This document shows positions 37,416 to 39,401 of a stretch of 39,401 nt of DNA, piece after piece (the stretch's first letter is position 1; each line of letters begins with the position of its first letter). The position numbers and the translations under genes were made by a program. The notes beneath the pieces are model-generated. The model ran no database searches. It saw nothing but the letters and a program-made list of their open reading frames with translations, and was not told the origin of the DNA. Source of the DNA: Phycisphaerae bacterium (GTDB taxonomy: Bacteria; Planctomycetota; Phycisphaerae; SM23-33); assembly GCA_046538345.1 (NCBI GenBank), contig JBKHJB010000001.1, positions 1 to 39,401 of the forward strand. Reading direction: 5' to 3'.

Positions 37416-38716
37416 GGCAGGAGTTCGGAGTCCTCGTCCACAGGGAGTAAGGGCAGGGAAACTGAGGCGTCTGCGTTGTCGTGGTCTTCGGGTTCGGAAA
37501 TCGTTGGTTCAGTGGCTTCGGGCGGCTGGGCCGGTCCTGTGGTCGGCAGCTCGCCGGTAACCGGCCGCTGATAGTATTTTTCGATAACTTCCAGGGCGGG
37601 TTTGCCCACGGGGACGTAAGAGGGATCCTCCGGGCCGACCCGCTGGGCGGGATAGCTCCGCCATTCCCATACCAGAAAGCCCGCTACGTCCGGCTCATCG
37701 AACCACGTGCGGAAGAATGCCTCAAAGCAATCGGCCTGTATTTCCGGGGCGGGTTCGTCTTGTGCCCGGAAGTAGTCCCAGGGGTACTGGGCGGCCGTTG
37801 CCTGATTCGGCCAGCCCACCTCCGTGAACAGCAGGGGTTTGCCCTGTGTGCGTCGCCACTGGAGCAGTTCATTCTTTATCTCGCTCCACGACTGCATCAG
37901 TCGTTCCAGCGTCGGCTCGTCGCCGTTGGTCAGGTCGAAGTAGGTAGTTACTCCTATCATGTCCACCGCGTCCCACCATTTGACGGGGCGGTAGTGGTCC
38001 CAGTTGGCCGAGTAGCTCAGCAGTCCGTCGTAGCGGCTTCGCACCCTGACTATCAGGTCCCGCCAGCGTTGCTCCTGCCTTTCGGTGGATACCAGTTCGG
38101 ATCCGATGATAAAGGCGTCGGCCTGTCCTCTTCGGGCGACGTCTGCGTAGTGCAGCATGAAGGCGTTGTAGTCCTCCCACCAGTCGCCCCAGTCGGTGGG
38201 TTCGAGCTTACCGCGCCATTCGCCGGAGCCGGGATTCTCCAGCAGTAGTATTGGCATCAGCACCACCCGCAGTCCCAGCCGGTGGGCGTGGTCCATAAGC
38301 TCGACGAGTCGCTGGTCGCGCGGGGCTTTGCGAGAGTCGATAAAGATGCTCGTGGAGGAGGCGTTCTCCTGATAGCCGGGCACCACCAGGCATACGGTGT
38401 TGGCGCCGACCGAGGCGATTTCCTTTATGTAGGTCTCGTAGGGGTGGTCGGGGTGTCCGCTGTGCAGTTGCAGCGAGATGCCACGGAACTCTCCGACGTC
38501 GGCCGACGGAGCGGTACTCGCCGAGTCGGACGTCTTGGAGACGTCCGGGCCGTTGCCCCGGAGCATGCTCAACCCGAAAGCGCCCGCCACGAGAGCCACG
38601 AAGACTCCCGCGGCCAACAGCTTGCCTTTAACTGTTCCGCGTTGCCTTAATCGCACAATCATCCCTCTGCACAGGTGTGAGACTCCCATCATCGGCGCCT
38701 GTGGGGGGCTTGTCAA
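37412..38716 (-). CDS. Membrane-anchored or secreted TIM-barrel glycoside hydrolase (clan GH-A-like)
   Basis: N-terminal TM/signal helix LLAAGVFVALVAGAFGL. FIIGSELVS (acid/base Glu candidate) and LLFTEVGWP (nucleophile Glu candidate) at typical clan-A spacing. The start is uncertain (several Met codons in the first 19 codons). Confidence 0.5.
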   Translation of the reverse strand: MTSPPQAPMMGVSHLCRGMIVRLRQRGTVKGKLLAAGVFVALVAGAFGLSMLRGNGPDVSKTSDSASTAPSADVGEFRGISLQLHSGHPDHPYETYIKEIASVGANTVCLVVPGYQENASSTSIFIDSRKAPRDQRLVELMDHAHRLGLRVVLMPILLLENPGSGEWRGKLEPTDWGDWWEDYNAFMLHYADVARRGQADAFIIGSELVSTERQEQRWRDLIVRVRSRYDGLLSYSANWDHYRPVKWWDAVDMIGVTTYFDLTNGDEPTLERLMQSWSEIKNELLQWRRTQGKPLLFTEVGWPNQATAAQYPWDYFRAQDEPAPEIQADCFEAFFRTWFDEPDVAGFLVWEWRSYPAQRVGPEDPSYVPVGKPALEVIEKYYQRPVTGELPTTGPAQPPEATEPTISEPEDHDNADASVSLPLLPVDEDSELLP

Positions 38717-38843
38717 AAATATCGTCTCTCACAGCCGGCTTGACCGGTAGTCGGGGGCGATTATAATGCGGAGCCAGTGGAAGTCACGTCATCGGCCCGG
38801 AGCCGATAATCCGCTTCTTTCGGTCATATCCAGGAGCTGCACA

Positions 38844-39329
38844 ATGCGAAACAAGAAGCCCTACAATCCCGACGAGAAGCCCGCGCGCAACGACCAGCAG
38901 CGACCCGCCGAACCCCAGGACCGTCCGGAACGTCCCGAGCAGCCGGAGCCCGAGCAAGCCGACGAGGAGCTTACACCGGTCAGTCCCGAGCAAGAGCAGG
39001 AGGATGACGAGCCAATCGGGCTGGTCGATGCGGACGATGACGAAGGCACCAAGCGGGGACAGATCAAGGCATTCGGATCGGCCGCGGGTGGTCCGGCGAT
39101 CAGCGGTAAGAGCGGTTTCGATCGCACGCCGACCACGACGGGCAAAGGCGCTATCAGATGCCGGCTCTTCCACTCCAAAATCGCCGAGGCCCCGCTGAAC
39201 TACATGCAGAACCAGATTAACGAGTGGCTCGACGAGCAGGAGATCGAGGTCAAACACGTCGGACACCTCGTGGGCAACCTCGAAGGCAAAACCACCGAGC
39301 CGAACATGATCGTCATGGTCTGGTATTGA
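38844..39329 (+). CDS. Hypothetical protein: acidic, Pro-rich N-terminal half and a compact C-terminal domain
   Basis: ATG at 38844 with CAGGAG 8 nt upstream. N-terminus KPARNDQQRPAEPQDRPERPEQPEPEQADEE. C-terminus IRCRLFHSKIAEAPLNYMQNQINEWLDEQEIEVKHVG..MIVMVWY. No family recognised. Confidence 0.5.
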   Translation: MRNKKPYNPDEKPARNDQQRPAEPQDRPERPEQPEPEQADEELTPVSPEQEQEDDEPIGLVDADDDEGTKRGQIKAFGSAAGGPAISGKSGFDRTPTTTGKGAIRCRLFHSKIAEAPLNYMQNQINEWLDEQEIEVKHVGHLVGNLEGKTTEPNMIVMVWY

Positions 39330-39401
39330 CCGGGGCGGCTTCACTGTGAGGCGAATGCGTTGTTTGCAACTGCCGGGAGAGGTCGGGGTTGAGAAGAGGC
39401 G

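Overview
GC-rich bacterial chromosomal window, densely coding. The taxonomic guess is Planctomycetota or PVC-like, an inference from protein style: an oversized SecDF, giant TPR and HEAT proteins, and many lipoproteins. No rRNA, CRISPR array or complete IS/prophage was seen.

Gene order:
(1) 239-5526 (+): an unusually large fused SecDF, followed by a coupled lipoprotein.
(2) 5.9-16.2 kb (+): an exosortase-type exopolysaccharide locus. It holds a Wza-like exporter, exosortase, EpsI-like protein, a 1483-aa TPR protein and a Wzc-like co-polymerase/BY-kinase.
(3) 16385-16456: tRNA-Thr(UGU).
(4) 16.6-23.1 kb (+): a secreted lipoprotein, then a tightly coupled four-gene cassette. The cassette encodes a 2-hydroxyacyl-CoA-dehydratase-like (DUF2229-type) protein, a large Tes/MJ0619-class radical SAM enzyme, a small lipoprotein and a radical SAM/SPASM enzyme.
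(5) 28.9-23.2 kb (-), convergent with the cassette: a six-gene array. It holds a long NfeD protease, a short NfeD, flotillin FloA, an Arg/Gln-rich membrane protein, a fused NirDL/AhbAB-like siroheme decarboxylase and a solitary IS200-like (RAYT-like) Y1 transposase homologue.
(6) 29-39 kb: housekeeping and accessory genes. These are a Gfo/Idh/MocA oxidoreductase, a 768-aa HEAT-repeat protein, pcm, a DUF62 SAM hydrolase, a 1003-aa BNR-propeller multidomain protein coupled to a TIM-barrel glycosidase, and a small acidic protein.

The most interesting candidate for an undescribed system is the central cassette at 17.7-23.1 kb. I hypothesise that it modifies membrane lipids (ether or membrane-spanning) or a tetrapyrrole cofactor. 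All family assignments rest on motifs read by eye and recalled family signatures. No database search was run.
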